In this document: one piece after another, positions 63,156 through 64,000 of the stretch
Numbering within the stretch: the first letter of the stretch is position 1
Layout: the number at the start of each line of letters is the position of its first letter
Assembly (NCBI GenBank): GCA_963819655.1
Contig: CAWFXA010000002.1
Location: forward strand, 224,001-288,000
Reading direction: 5' to 3'
Source: an uncultured Chloroflexia bacterium
GTDB taxonomy: Bacteria; Chloroflexota; Limnocylindria; Limnocylindrales; CSP1-4
DNA length: 64,000 bases
The notes under the pieces: generated by a model
Database searches by the model: none
What the model saw: only the letters and a program-made list of their open reading frames with translations
Told to the model about the DNA's origin: nothing
Made by a program: the position numbers and the translations under genes

Positions 63156-64000
63156 AGCCCGTCCATGCGAGGCTTACCGGTCGGCGACCGCACGGTCGCC
63201 CAGGTGTCACCTTTTCGCCAGCGGTACCAGACGGCGTCACGTCCAAGGACCTCGACGGTCTTGGCGTCCTCGCGGTAAACAACCGACTGTCCATGCCCTC
63301 CGAATGACCGCCAGGTTGCCGTTTGCCTGAATTCGACCTCAGTGGCTGAAGTCCCCGGGATGGACGACCCCGGCGACAGGAGCGTCGTCCGGGCGTGGAA
63401 TGCCTTGTCGTTCCAGCCGACCACCGGGAGGAGATCGCGCACATCGGGCGGCTCGGTCGACCCGTGCTGCTGTCCCTGCGCCGCAAATCCCTCAGCAATT
63501 CGAACCGCGCCTGTTGGCAATTGGCCGGCAAGGAGCCATGCCGTCGTGGGACGGACATCGACGTCCAACCCTAGCGGCGTGAGCAGTTCCAGGGCCTTGA
63601 TGATGTCTCCCGCTGCCGCGATCCATCGAGGATATCGATTGAAGCGCCCGTCCCGATAGACGACCTGCGGGCATCCGCCGTCGTCGTCACGCGAACGCAC
63701 CACGAACTCAGCCGCCAAACGAGCAGCCTCCAGATAGCGCGGATCTTCGAGCGCTCGATGGGCGGCGACCAATCCTGGGATGCAGCGTGCGATGTAGTAC
63801 GGAAAGAATTGGTCGATCCTTCGGTCGTTGATGGTGGCCTGACTGATCGCTCCAACCACTGCGCGACCTGGCTCACGCACCTGATGGCCCACGATCGAAT
63901 CGGCCGTCGGCCCGACATAGCGCTCCACATATTCGCGATCACCGGTCAGCTCGGCGAGGCGGCACAAGGCCTCGATGATGGTCGCGGCCTTGTTCGGAAC
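63152..64000 (-). CDS. Hypothetical (alpha/alpha)-toroid-like protein (5' partial)
   Basis: Helical repeats LAELTGDREY, ALEDPRYLEAA, WLLAGQLPTG. Confidence 0.55.
   Translation of the reverse strand, partial: VPNKAATIIEALCRLAELTGDREYVERYVGPTADSIVGHQVREPGRAVVGAISQATINDRRIDQFFPYYIARCIPGLVAAHRALEDPRYLEAARLAAEFVVRSRDDDGGCPQVVYRDGRFNRYPRWIAAAGDIIKALELLTPLGLDVDVRPTTAWLLAGQLPTGAVRIAEGFAAQGQQHGSTEPPDVRDLLPVVGWNDKAFHARTTLLSPGSSIPGTSATEVEFRQTATWRSFGGHGQSVVYREDAKTVEVLGRDAVWYRWRKGDTWATVRSPTGKPRMDGL

Overview
High-GC bacterial DNA. The gene complement (Flp pilin, DUF1616, lipoprotein SBPs, leaderless-type promoters) suggests Chloroflexota, possibly Limnocylindria, but this is inference only. There are four blocks. 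(1) 1-16 kb: housekeeping and accessory genes (HAD hydrolase, BI-1/YccA, DUF59, DUF433, a phycobiliprotein-like protein lacking the chromophore Cys, GNAT, DUF885-like peptidase, pabB/pabC, TIM-barrel epimerase plus Gfo/Idh/MocA, DmpA, rhodanese, S41 protease, an orphan Flp pilin missing from the ORF track). (2) 16-26.5 kb: a GAF-PucR-regulated 7-gene amine/imino-acid catabolic operon of unknown substrate, with many single-base frameshifts that look like sequencing error. (3) 29-45.7 kb: an IclR-regulated non-phosphorylative L-fucose/fucoside utilisation locus with two ABC importers behind duplicated promoter/operator modules and a deleted IclR paralog. (4) 45.7-64 kb: a compositionally distinct, apparently lower-GC surface-glycan island (GT4s, GT2, flippase, AsnB amidotransferase, methyltransferase, DUF1616, degenerate CPBP, a giant ectodomain plus GT-C-like membrane protein). 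No rRNA, tRNA, CRISPR array or transposase was seen. All family calls come from motif recognition by eye; no database search was run.
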